Assembly (NCBI GenBank): GCA_963665665.1
Contig: OY762428.1
Span: 960,001-1,024,000, forward strand
Direction: 5' to 3'
From: Candidatus Kapaibacterium sp.
Lineage (GTDB): Bacteria; Bacteroidota; Ignavibacteria; Kapaibacteriales; UBA2268
DNA: 64,000 bases
A program made the position numbers and the translations under genes. Position 1 is the stretch's first letter. The number at the start of each line of letters is the position of its first letter. Of this stretch, positions 30,226 to 38,917 are shown in pieces. The notes below the pieces were generated by a model. It was not told the origin of the DNA. It saw only the letters and a program-made list of their open reading frames with translations, and ran no database searches.

Positions 30226-31227
30226 ATGCGAGCATTCAGAAAGATTCAGCTTTTGCTGATTTTAATGCTTTTTTCCACCAACTTTTCAGCCTATTCACAA
30301 GACTACAATTACGATATGAAAACTATCGGGAATCATGCCGATGAAGTTCTTGGCGTTTTTGTGAATGAGGACGACACAAAAGTGGCCACCTGCAGTCTTG
30401 ACGAAACGATCAAAATCTGGAGTTTGCCGGAAGGTAAAGAACTTATGCACCTGAAAGGCCATTTGGGACAGGTAAACAATATCTCATTCTCAGGCAATGA
30501 CAAATATCTTGCCAGCGGTTCCAGCGACAGAACTGTAAGGGTTTGGAATGTTGAAACAGGCGAACAGCTTTCAGTTCTGAAAGGCCATACCGATCAGGTA
30601 ATAGGCGTTTATTTCAGCCAGGACGACAGCAGTACATTTATTGCCAGCACAAGTTTTGATAAAACTGTAAAGCTCTGGGATACAAGGCTTGGCACTGAAG
30701 TTAAAACACTTCGCGACCACAGGATGCCCACAAATAATGTAGCATATAGCTACGACGGTAAATATCTTGCATCCTGTAGTGATGACAAAATGATCAAGAT
30801 TTGGACAACCAACCTTGAGGACAAAGAACCCATAATGACATTACTGGGCCATGATGCACCAGTTCTTACAGTACTTTATAGTTTCGACAGCAAGCGCCTG
30901 ATCTCATCAGATCAGCAGGGTGTAATTAATGTTTGGGAAATGCCAGGCGGAAAACTCCTGAAAACAATTAAAGCTCACGACGAGCTGATACAGGATGTTT
31001 CTTTTGCTACTGATAATAATACGATTGTAAGCGCCAGCCTGGACAAAAAAGTAAAATTATGGGATGCAACTACAGGCGAAAACCTTATGGATTTCGATGC
31101 CGGTGTTGAAATCTGGTCTGTTGACCTTGTTTCAGATGCAAGTATAATAATTATTGGCTGCGCTGACGGAACAGTTCGCTACCTGACAAAAAAAGAGAGT
31201 AAAAAATCGAAAAGGAGAAGAAGATGA
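30226..31227 (+). CDS. Exported WD40-repeat protein
   Basis: Signal peptide; about 7 canonical GH...S.D.T(V/I)K.WD repeats. Confidence 0.9.
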   Translation: MRAFRKIQLLLILMLFSTNFSAYSQDYNYDMKTIGNHADEVLGVFVNEDDTKVATCSLDETIKIWSLPEGKELMHLKGHLGQVNNISFSGNDKYLASGSSDRTVRVWNVETGEQLSVLKGHTDQVIGVYFSQDDSSTFIASTSFDKTVKLWDTRLGTEVKTLRDHRMPTNNVAYSYDGKYLASCSDDKMIKIWTTNLEDKEPIMTLLGHDAPVLTVLYSFDSKRLISSDQQGVINVWEMPGGKLLKTIKAHDELIQDVSFATDNNTIVSASLDKKVKLWDATTGENLMDFDAGVEIWSVDLVSDASIIIIGCADGTVRYLTKKESKKSKRRRR

Positions 31228-31964
31228 AATCAAAATTAATTCTCACATCGATTTTACTTCTAATGGTATTCTCCGGATTGAAGGCTCAAATTGGCGGTAT
31301 TGGTCCGGTTGTTGCATTAACAGGTAATGTCATCAATGAATTATCCAAAGAGCCAGAATCTGTATTCATGATGGTGCTTAATGAAAAAGGGAAAAGAGTA
31401 AACGCTACAAGAAGCAACAAGACCGATAACGGCTATTATTATCTTACGGGATTGAAACCCGGAAAAACCTACCAGATAGTCATTCGTCAGAAGGGATTCA
31501 TGAAAGAATTGATAGAAATGACAATTCCAAAAACCAAGAAGTATCTGGAAATATCTCATGATTTCCTGGTAAAACCTCTGGAAATGGATGCCAAATTTAA
31601 GCTACCTGTAGCTCCTTTTGAACTGAATAAATCCAAAATCAGATTTGGCGCTGATTTCCTTTTGGAGGAACTTGTTTCAACTCTGAAAAACAACGAAAAT
31701 GTCAATTTCCAAATTGTTTCATACCCTGATAATAACGATACTCCGGAAGAGAATTCCAAATTAACTGCTGAAAGAGCGGACGCATTGAAGAATTTCTTCA
31801 AAGAGCAGGGAATAGATGAAACAAGGATGACAACTAAAGGACATAACTCAACTGATCCTGATAATCCGCCACCTACAAAGAAAAGAGCTAAGGGTAAAAG
31901 GTATGTAGGATATAGTTATATAGTTATAACAGAGATCAAGCAGATTGAAAAGGATACAGAATAA
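31224..31964 (+). CDS. Carboxypeptidase-regulatory-like domain plus OmpA-like peptidoglycan-binding protein
   Basis: Signal peptide; TDNGYYYLTGLKPGKTY; FELNKS...YPDNNDTPEENSKLTAERADALK; ATGA overlap with the WD40 gene. Confidence 0.8.
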   Translation: MKSKLILTSILLLMVFSGLKAQIGGIGPVVALTGNVINELSKEPESVFMMVLNEKGKRVNATRSNKTDNGYYYLTGLKPGKTYQIVIRQKGFMKELIEMTIPKTKKYLEISHDFLVKPLEMDAKFKLPVAPFELNKSKIRFGADFLLEELVSTLKNNENVNFQIVSYPDNNDTPEENSKLTAERADALKNFFKEQGIDETRMTTKGHNSTDPDNPPPTKKRAKGKRYVGYSYIVITEIKQIEKDTE

Positions 31965-31984
31965 TTATTTTTTTATTTCATGCA

Positions 31985-32012
31985 GGGGCGTTATTATACG
32001 CCCTTTTTTTTT
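31985..32012 (+). terminator. Intrinsic terminator
   Basis: gggcgt-tattat-acgccc followed by T9. Confidence 0.8.
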
Positions 32013-32057
32013 GCAGTTCAGAAAAAAAAATATAATTTGCATGAAACTTTTATTTTT

Positions 32058-32074
32058 GTTGAACGTTTGGTTAA
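32058..32074. promoter_or_regulatory. Putative TetR operator 1 (gttgaacgtttggttaa)
   Basis: 14/17 match to the reverse complement of 32730-32746; 16 bp upstream of the tetR ATG. Confidence 0.55.
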
Positions 32075-32090
32075 TAAAAAAGGTGCTACG

Positions 32091-32702
32091 ATGCCAAAAA
32101 CAGATGGCTATAAAACAAGGGATAAAATTTTGACAGCAGCAGAAAAAATATTTTCAGAAAAAGGCTTTGCAGGTACAAGTATCAGCATGATCAGCAGGGA
32201 GGCATCAGTCAATAAAGCCCTGATTTATTACCATTTTGAAAATAAAAATGATATTATCGTTTCTTTGATTCGCAACATAATCGATGAAGTTAATGAAAAG
32301 GTAAGTAAATCTTTCAGTATGAGAAATACATTCGAAAATTTACCACCGAAAGAAAAACTACGGCAGGAAATGAAATTCATGTTCGACAGAAAAAAGATAT
32401 TGTCCATAATGTTGATGGAATCATTAAAAGCTGATGACCAGGATAATTTTTTATTCCAATGTGCCGATCTGATAATGAATTCTACAGGCAGAATGGAAGC
32501 CGATAGTACAAATGAAAAAAAAATGGAAATTGATAAATTCAAAGTCTATGAATTTTTCACTGGCATTTTGCCAATGCTATTATTTTCAATATTGAATAAA
32601 AAATGGAGCAATTATCATGAAATTAGCGAAGATCGATTGCTTGAGCTATTCACTGACGTTATGGTAGAAACACATTTAAAGGATCATCCTGTGCCTGAAT
32701 AA
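32091..32702 (+). CDS. TetR/AcrR family regulator
   Basis: TRDKILTAAEKIFSEKGFAGTSISMISREASVNKALIYYHFENKNDI. Confidence 0.93.
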   Translation: MPKTDGYKTRDKILTAAEKIFSEKGFAGTSISMISREASVNKALIYYHFENKNDIIVSLIRNIIDEVNEKVSKSFSMRNTFENLPPKEKLRQEMKFMFDRKKILSIMLMESLKADDQDNFLFQCADLIMNSTGRMEADSTNEKKMEIDKFKVYEFFTGILPMLLFSILNKKWSNYHEISEDRLLELFTDVMVETHLKDHPVPE

Positions 32703-32729
32703 TATTTTGAAATTTTTTTACTTATTTTT

Positions 32730-32746
32730 TTAACCGGTCGTTCAAC
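32730..32746. promoter_or_regulatory. Putative TetR operator 2 (ttaaccggtcgttcaac)
   Basis: Quasi-palindrome matching operator 1; 18 bp upstream of the methyltransferase ATG. Confidence 0.55.
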
Positions 32747-32764
32747 TAATTCTGGAGTTTTATC

Positions 32765-33208
32765 ATGAAAAAGCTTTTACCCCCACAATTACTTTATATA
32801 AGCATGGCATTAGGAATTGCAGGAAACTGGCTTTTCCCGATAATTGATATAATTTATTTCCCCTATAATTTATTTGGAATTGTTCCTCTAATATTTGGTT
32901 TACTTATATCTATAGCAGGCTCAAACCTGTTTGAAAAGATTGGAACAAACATCAAAACATTTAACAAACCTGACAAACTGGTAACAGAAGGCCCCTTTAA
33001 ATACAGCAGAAATCCTATGTACCTCGGTTTCGTAATATTCTTATTCGGAATTTCAACTCTCCTCGGTTCTCTTCTCCCGTTTATAATAACAATTATTTAT
33101 TTTATAATCTCCAACTTATGGTATATACCATTCGAGGAAAAAGCAATGGCACTTGAGTTTGGTGATTTATATTTAAGTTATAAAGATAAAACCGGAAGGT
33201 GGATATAA
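32765..33208 (+). CDS. Isoprenylcysteine carboxylmethyltransferase/PEMT family membrane protein
   Basis: LVTEGPFKYSRNPMYLG ... EEKAM...FG..Y..YK..TGRWI. Confidence 0.9.
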   Translation: MKKLLPPQLLYISMALGIAGNWLFPIIDIIYFPYNLFGIVPLIFGLLISIAGSNLFEKIGTNIKTFNKPDKLVTEGPFKYSRNPMYLGFVIFLFGISTLLGSLLPFIITIIYFIISNLWYIPFEEKAMALEFGDLYLSYKDKTGRWI

Positions 33209-33247
33209 AATAATCAGAAAATTTACTGCCTCAACCATCCCAAAACC

Positions 33248-33275
33248 AAAACCCCGGGCTTTGCCCGGGGTTTTT
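33248..33275. terminator. Bidirectional intrinsic terminator
   Basis: aaaaccccgggc-ttt-gcccggggttttt between convergent genes. Confidence 0.85.
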
Positions 33276-33482
33276 ATAATTATTTAGCAGATCAAAGCAA
33301 AATTGTTTACTATAAGATAAAAAGCCTTAAGAAATCATCAGTTATATAATTACAGGCTTTATTAAAGAATAAATTTAATCATTGCATTTTCTAATAACTC
33401 AGATTTTCGAGTTAAAAAAAACAATAGAATTGCCCGTGATACATGGCCTGAGTTCTTAAATAATTGATTAGATTTTATTAAA

Positions 33483-34712
33483 CTAATACAAAGCAAAACT
33501 TGCAAACGAAACAGCCGAATCCGTTGGCCGGTCATCCCACTGACGATATTCAAGAAATTCAATATCTACCGTATCGACAAGATTCATTATTGAATAAATT
33601 GGCGCAACGCCACAAACATTCCAGAAGTTGTTTGTACTTTTAATCTCTTGAAAAAAAGATGCAGAATCATAATACCTGATTCTTTCAATTAAAGATCGAT
33701 CAGACTTTTTCAGGTCTTCAAGTTTATCAACAGCATTGAATCCGTGACCGAATCGCCGGCCTATGTGCCCAAAATCCACACTTGCGATATATAATACATT
33801 TTTTCCGGAATCATTCAGTACTTCCGTCAATCCCAGGATTGTTTTTTTATACTTTTCATTTTCAATTGGTTCATTTTCGCTGAGTGAACTGCCCTCGACA
33901 GATCCGCAAAGAACAGGCAGTATCTTTACTTTATCGCCGAAAAGTTTCTTAACCAAAACAGCCTGTAACTCAACCGAATGCTCCTTGAAGTGTGCCATCT
34001 CACTAATGGTAATTTCTTCTCCGAGTTTTTCCTTCAATTTATTAATGATATCTCTATCAGTTTCAATTGCACCAAAAGGGGTATTATAGTTTTTCTCTGT
34101 AAACATAAAGAAGCCGTCACTTACAAAATGAGCTGTCCCAAGAATTACAACCAAATCAGGCCGTGAATCTCTTATTGCAGCATAGCCCGTGGCGTAAGTC
34201 TGCTCTGAATCCTTACCAACCAGAAAATCGATATGAGGAACAATAATGGCTTTTGCTCCTGTTTTTATTTTTTCTTTATCAACAGAATCAAGAAGCTTTG
34301 ATAAATATTCACCGGCTTCAACAGGTTCGGCAGGATATGAATTTCCGGCACAAACAGGCTGCCTTACATCTGAATTCTGATAAATATCAAGATTTTCCTT
34401 GTATTTTTTATAATCAGCTGTTTCCATATATCCCATTGAATCAATCTGAAGAACGATATCAAGCACCGGTTCAATATCAACAGGATTACCTTTTTCATCC
34501 CTCAATAAATTTCTCAGATCACCTACTTTTATCTGCCCGTTAAACAAATTTAACAATGGTGTCAGTTGCTCAGGAAAGCCCATCGGCTGCGAAGCATAGC
34601 CCGTAGGGTCAGACAAAACAAGTATCTTTTCTCCATTTTGTTCGATAGTATCAACGCTAATATCTTTTCTCAGGGCAGGAATTAATAGTTGGTCGCGGTT
34701 CAATTCTTCCAT
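33483..34712 (-). CDS. amrB: AmmeMemoRadiSam system protein B (MEMO1 family) with N-terminal extension
   Basis: RQPVCAGNSYP, IVPHID, LGTAH, HFKEHSVELQ, IASVDFGHIG.RFG, NVCG. Confidence 0.88.
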   Translation of the reverse strand: MEELNRDQLLIPALRKDISVDTIEQNGEKILVLSDPTGYASQPMGFPEQLTPLLNLFNGQIKVGDLRNLLRDEKGNPVDIEPVLDIVLQIDSMGYMETADYKKYKENLDIYQNSDVRQPVCAGNSYPAEPVEAGEYLSKLLDSVDKEKIKTGAKAIIVPHIDFLVGKDSEQTYATGYAAIRDSRPDLVVILGTAHFVSDGFFMFTEKNYNTPFGAIETDRDIINKLKEKLGEEITISEMAHFKEHSVELQAVLVKKLFGDKVKILPVLCGSVEGSSLSENEPIENEKYKKTILGLTEVLNDSGKNVLYIASVDFGHIGRRFGHGFNAVDKLEDLKKSDRSLIERIRYYDSASFFQEIKSTNNFWNVCGVAPIYSIMNLVDTVDIEFLEYRQWDDRPTDSAVSFASFALY

Positions 34713-34807
34713 ATCAGTATATTATTATTAGTCAAAACATTTATTATAAATATAAAAAAATTACTAAATTGTAAAACAGATATTTCAAAAATAATCTTGG
34801 AAAGTCT

Positions 34808-35665
34808 ATGAAAAAGCTACTTATCCTAATGATCTTATCGATTGCATTTTACGCTTGCGAGCCACAAAAGTCCGATACTGAACCCGTTGACGAAACTTTG
34901 TCAATTGAAAATGAATTCAACATGATAAGGGATTCTCTGCTTAGTGAAAACGCCAAAGCAATGGTTCTTATCAATGAAATTGACGATTCAATCTCTGCGG
35001 CCGCGCCTATGCCTGAAACCGACCCGGAACTTGACCGTGGTAGAAAAATCTTCGTTAAGATAGACCAATTGAAAAACATGCTCGAAGATGCGAACAAAAA
35101 AATTAAAGTATATGAATCCAAAATCAGAAAATATAAATCTGAAAATACTGATTTTTCCAAACGTGTAGAAACACTGGAAACAATGATCAGGGAAAAGGAC
35201 GAAATAATTCAAAAGCAGGAACTAAGGATCAGCAAACTGGAAACAGAATTGCAGATGACACGGGAAGAACTCAGCAGTGCAAACGAGCAAATTGTTCAGA
35301 TCACCGACCGTGCAGATCAATTGCAGGTAAAAGCCAACACAGCATATTACGTTTTCGGTACCAAGGACGAACTTGAAGAAAAAGGGATTATTATAATTGA
35401 AGGTGAAACCCTTGGATTATTTGGCGGGAAATGGATTCCAAATCCCGAAGCAGACCAGACACTTTTCACAAAGATAGATATTGTTAAAGATGTCTCCCTG
35501 GATTTTCCTAACGGATGGGTTATTGATGAAATTGTATCTGCCCACGAACGCCGCCTGCTGGAATTGGAACCTCCGGGAGCCGGTTCCGCCAAACTAACGA
35601 TATACGATCCTGAAGTTTTCTGGAAAAACGACAAGAGATTGATAATTATTATTGAAGAAGAATAA
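34808..35665 (+). CDS. Coiled-coil lipoprotein (Cbp1-like)
   Basis: Lipobox FYAC; long coiled coil; NTAYYVFGTKDELEEKGII; C-term IYDPEVFW. Confidence 0.7.
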   Translation: MKKLLILMILSIAFYACEPQKSDTEPVDETLSIENEFNMIRDSLLSENAKAMVLINEIDDSISAAAPMPETDPELDRGRKIFVKIDQLKNMLEDANKKIKVYESKIRKYKSENTDFSKRVETLETMIREKDEIIQKQELRISKLETELQMTREELSSANEQIVQITDRADQLQVKANTAYYVFGTKDELEEKGIIIIEGETLGLFGGKWIPNPEADQTLFTKIDIVKDVSLDFPNGWVIDEIVSAHERRLLELEPPGAGSAKLTIYDPEVFWKNDKRLIIIIEEE

Positions 35666-35927
35666 CAGCTCCTTTTCTGAACTTACCGAAATATTTTACG
35701 GTATTTTAGTAAAACTATGATTCTTAAAAAATTTTTATCCTGTCCCGGATTATCCCGGGGCAGGATATTTTCTTTCAGTTTTTTCCCATTTCGGAAACAT
35801 CTGTCAGAGTAGAGAGCTTGAGCAGTTCTCCAGGAAATTTGAGGAAAGTCATGCCAATAACCAGAATGCCCTGCTTCAATTACTCGGATGAGTTGCAAAT
35901 TACGGCCGTGGGTGGATTTCCGGAAAA

Positions 35928-35990
35928 TTCCCCTCGTTGAGGGGTGGCGAGCGCAGCGAGTTCCCGACAAGTCGGGACAGGCTGGGGTGG
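35928..35990. repeat. REP-like element (family C) with a nested hairpin insert
   Basis: Reverse complement of 61000-61040 except for an inserted ttcccgacaagtcgggacagg module. Confidence 0.75.
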
Positions 35991-36078
35991 ATTCTTTTTC
36001 TTAGTCTTCGGGACGTTGCGTCTTTATCCACGAGCTAAAGCACGTGGCTATTGATTTTGACGATTATAAGGCTGGAAG

Positions 36079-36169
36079 GTCATTCTGAGCACCAGCGAAG
36101 AATCCATTCTTCACACACTATCTGCGAACAAAGATGGATTCTTCGGACGCTTCGCTCCGTCAGAATGAC
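36079..36169. repeat. REP-like inverted doublet (family B)
   Basis: gtcattctgagc..gcgaagaatcc ... ggattcttcg...cagaatgac. Confidence 0.75.
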
Positions 36170-36363
36170 AACATAACACCTCATTCTTTTGCTCTGTTTA
36201 CCCGTTTTTCCACCCCAATGAACCGACCGCCAGCCTTAATTCCCCAACCTGTGGTTTCAATGAACCGGATAATTTCCTTATTTCAATACTGTTTTGAACC
36301 AGAATTCTGATGTATGGTCTAATTGCTTTGTTAGCAGGGTTTTATACTGCCTTTACCCGAAGT

Positions 36364-36707
36364 ATTGAACTACTGTTTGGCCTTATTGTAGTGAAATTTG
36401 GCCTTATTGAGGACTTGTTTAGCCTTATTGAGGTCTTGTTTGGCCTTATTGAGGACTTGTTTAGCCTTATTGAGGTCTTGTTTGGCCTTACTGAGGTCTT
36501 GTTTGGCCTTATTGAACACTTGGTTGGCTTTACTGAACACTTGGTTGATCTTACTGAACACTTGGTTGACTTTACTGAACACTTGGTTGACCTTACTGAA
36601 CACTTGGTTGACCTTACTGAGGTCTTGTTTGGCCTTATTGAACACTTGGTTGGCTTTACTGAACACTTGGTTGATCTTACTGAACACTTGGTTGACCTTA
36701 CTGAACA
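36364..36707. repeat. 21-bp tandem repeat array, left arm (16 full units plus a partial)
   Basis: Units such as attgaggtcttgtttggcctt and actgaacacttggttgacctt in exact 21-bp register. Confidence 0.95.
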
Positions 36708-37102
36708 TGTTCTTTGCCTCCGACCAAGAGTTCAATGCCTTCAAACAAGGCAGCAATGAAGCAAAACATTGCTGCAATAGCTTCAACCAAGAGTTCATTA
36801 TCTTCAAACATCGGTGCATCGATTTGGAACAAGGCATCAATAAAGCAAAACATTGCTGCAATGGCTTAGAACATCGGTGCAATGACTCCGACCAAGGCGT
36901 CAATGACTTCAACCAAGGCAGCAATGAAGCAAAATATTGCTGCATCGAATTGGAACAAGGCAGCAATGAAGCAAAATATTGCTGCATCGAATTGGAACAA
37001 GGCAGCAATAAAGCAAAACATTGCTGCATCGAATTGGAACAAGGCAGCAATAAAGCAAAACATTGCTGCAATAGGTGCAAACAAGACCTCAATGACTCCG
37101 AC
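36708..37102. repeat. 21/42-bp tandem repeat array, right arm (about 18 units), inverted relative to the left arm
   Basis: Units such as ttggaacaaggcagcaatgaa and gcaaaacattgctgcatcgaa; aaacaagacctcaat is the exact reverse complement of left-arm attgaggtcttgttt. Confidence 0.9.
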
Positions 37103-37127
37103 CCCTCCCAAACCCTCCCCGAAGGGG

Positions 37128-38483
37128 CATAAGCGCTAACTTAGTGTTTGATTTTTATATATAATTTTTTTATATTTGTAAATGGAAAAGTACAACAAGC
37201 ATATAGAAGAATGGGATGTAGTTACAACCTTACTTCCTTTGGGATGGGAATTAAAGGCTAAAGAACTCCAGGCTTTCCAACGTCGCAGGGCATTTGATTC
37301 ACCTTCTGAGCAACTTCGAGCAATACTTATGCATGTAGCAACGGGGCATTCTATGAGGGTGGTTGCTACTAAGCTTAAATATGAAAGAAATATAGATATA
37401 TCAGATGTTGCGTTATTAAAAAAAATGAGGACGTCTGCTGATTGGCTTCGCTGGATTGCATTAGGATTGATTCATAATAGGGGGATATCATTAGATTCCC
37501 CAGAATGGCTGTCGGATTTCAATGTAAGATGTATCGATGCGTCTGTTGTTACTGAGCCGGGGTCAACAGGTACTGACTGGAGACTTCATTACAGCCATAA
37601 TCTGTTCAACCTCAAGTGTGACGAATTTATTATTACCAGCCCAAAAGTCGGTGAGTCTATATCTAATTTCAAAATTAACTCTTCTGATCTTTTTTTAATT
37701 GACAGAGCATATTGCAGTTATAAGGGTATTTCAGAAATTCTCGGAAAGAAAGCAAATTTTGTTGTCAGATATAAGCATAAAGGTTTTACACTATATAATA
37801 GTAAAAATGATAAAGTTGATATTATTAAAGAATTAAAAAGTTTAAAGTTAGATCAAATATTTGACAAAATATTTTATATTTCCTCCTCCTCCTCAAAAAA
37901 TAAAAAGATTCCTGTACGTATATGTGCTATCAAAAAAAGCAAGGAGCAAGCTGAGTTATCCAGAAAGAAAGCAAAAAAGAATTTTGCTAGAAAACAACAG
38001 ACAATCAGTTCTACAGCTTTAGGACTTAATGATTATATTGTTTTGGTGACTTCTTTGATTAATGATATATCTTCTAATAATATCTTAGAATTATATAGAA
38101 TGAGATGGCAGGTTGAAATTTCATTTAAAAAACTAAAAAGTCAATTTGGCTTGGGGCATTTACCAAAAAAAGATAAAAACTCTGCACGAGCGTGGCTTTA
38201 TGCTAAGATGATCACAGCTCTCCTTACTCAGGCTATTATCGATGAAGGTGAGCGTTTTTCCCCCTGGGGCTACAGGTTTAATAAAAGAGAATGATAAAAG
38301 GAGTACATCACAATGGCGTGAAAATGTATTTGTTAAAGATATTTTATTGAAAATCATCAGTCCCGGTATTACTTTGTATCAATGTATTAACAACTGGGAT
38401 GATGTTTCTAATTGCCTAAAAGAAGGACATCGAAAAAGGCAAAGTAGTATGAATTACTTATTTTCACTAAGTTAGCGCATATG
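37128..38483 (+). mobile_element. IS4-family insertion sequence (IS186-like), complete, 1356 bp
   Basis: 19-bp terminal IRs cataagcgctaacttagtg / cactaagttagcgcatatg (1 mismatch); 11-bp flanking direct repeat ccccgaagggg at 37117-37127 and 38484-38494. Confidence 0.95.
37182..38294 (+). CDS. IS4-family DDE transposase
   Basis: IDAS, DRAY, and the IS4 YREK signature LYRMRWQVEISFKKLKS; SDVALLKK...WL and WRLH as in IS186. Confidence 0.95.
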   Translation: MEKYNKHIEEWDVVTTLLPLGWELKAKELQAFQRRRAFDSPSEQLRAILMHVATGHSMRVVATKLKYERNIDISDVALLKKMRTSADWLRWIALGLIHNRGISLDSPEWLSDFNVRCIDASVVTEPGSTGTDWRLHYSHNLFNLKCDEFIITSPKVGESISNFKINSSDLFLIDRAYCSYKGISEILGKKANFVVRYKHKGFTLYNSKNDKVDIIKELKSLKLDQIFDKIFYISSSSSKNKKIPVRICAIKKSKEQAELSRKKAKKNFARKQQTISSTALGLNDYIVLVTSLINDISSNNILELYRMRWQVEISFKKLKSQFGLGHLPKKDKNSARAWLYAKMITALLTQAIIDEGERFSPWGYRFNKRE

Positions 38484-38560
38484 CCCCGAAGGGGAGGGCT
38501 TTGAAGAAGAATAGTGCGCCAATATCCCAAACAATCGGTTCTTTGCTTTCGATCCTTCCT

Positions 38561-38762
38561 ACCTCCCCCCGACCCCCTCCTTCAGAAGGAGGGGGAGTTA
38601 ATCTTATGATATTTAACTTCTTATCCCCTCCTAATGTAGGAGGGGATTATAGGGGAGGTTTTCTTGCTTTGATTTGGACCAAGGCAGCAATGACTTCGAA
38701 TATCGGTGCTTTGCTTTCAACCCTTCCTACCTACCCCCGGCCAGATCCTTCGGAAGAAGGGA
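38561..38762. repeat. Cluster of ccctcc/ggaggg REP-like hairpins (family D) interleaved with two 21-bp array units
   Basis: cccctccttc-a-gaaggagggg, cccctccta..taggagggg; array-type ttggaccaaggcagcaatgac around 38674. Confidence 0.7.
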
Positions 38763-38763
38763 A

Positions 38764-38917
38764 AAAGCTCCGTAGGAGCGGAATTTTTGTAGATAATATT
38801 GGCATAACGAATATTCAAAGCTCCGTAGGAGCGACATCTGATATATAAATGCCGCCCCGACGGGGCTGTTGTTCATCCCGGGATCGATTTTCTACAAAAA
38901 TGTCGCGGCTACGCCGC
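38764..38917. repeat. REP/BIME-like four-hairpin element (family A)
   Basis: Two gctccgtaggagc hairpins, then gccccgacggggc and gcggctacgccgc; inverted copy of 4169-4270. Confidence 0.8.

Noticed and set aside
35683-35970. 95-aa minus-strand ORF
   Set aside because: Starts and ends in REP hairpins; no recognisable domain
36364-37102. CRISPR array
   Set aside because: Units are contiguous with no unique spacers; no cas genes in the window
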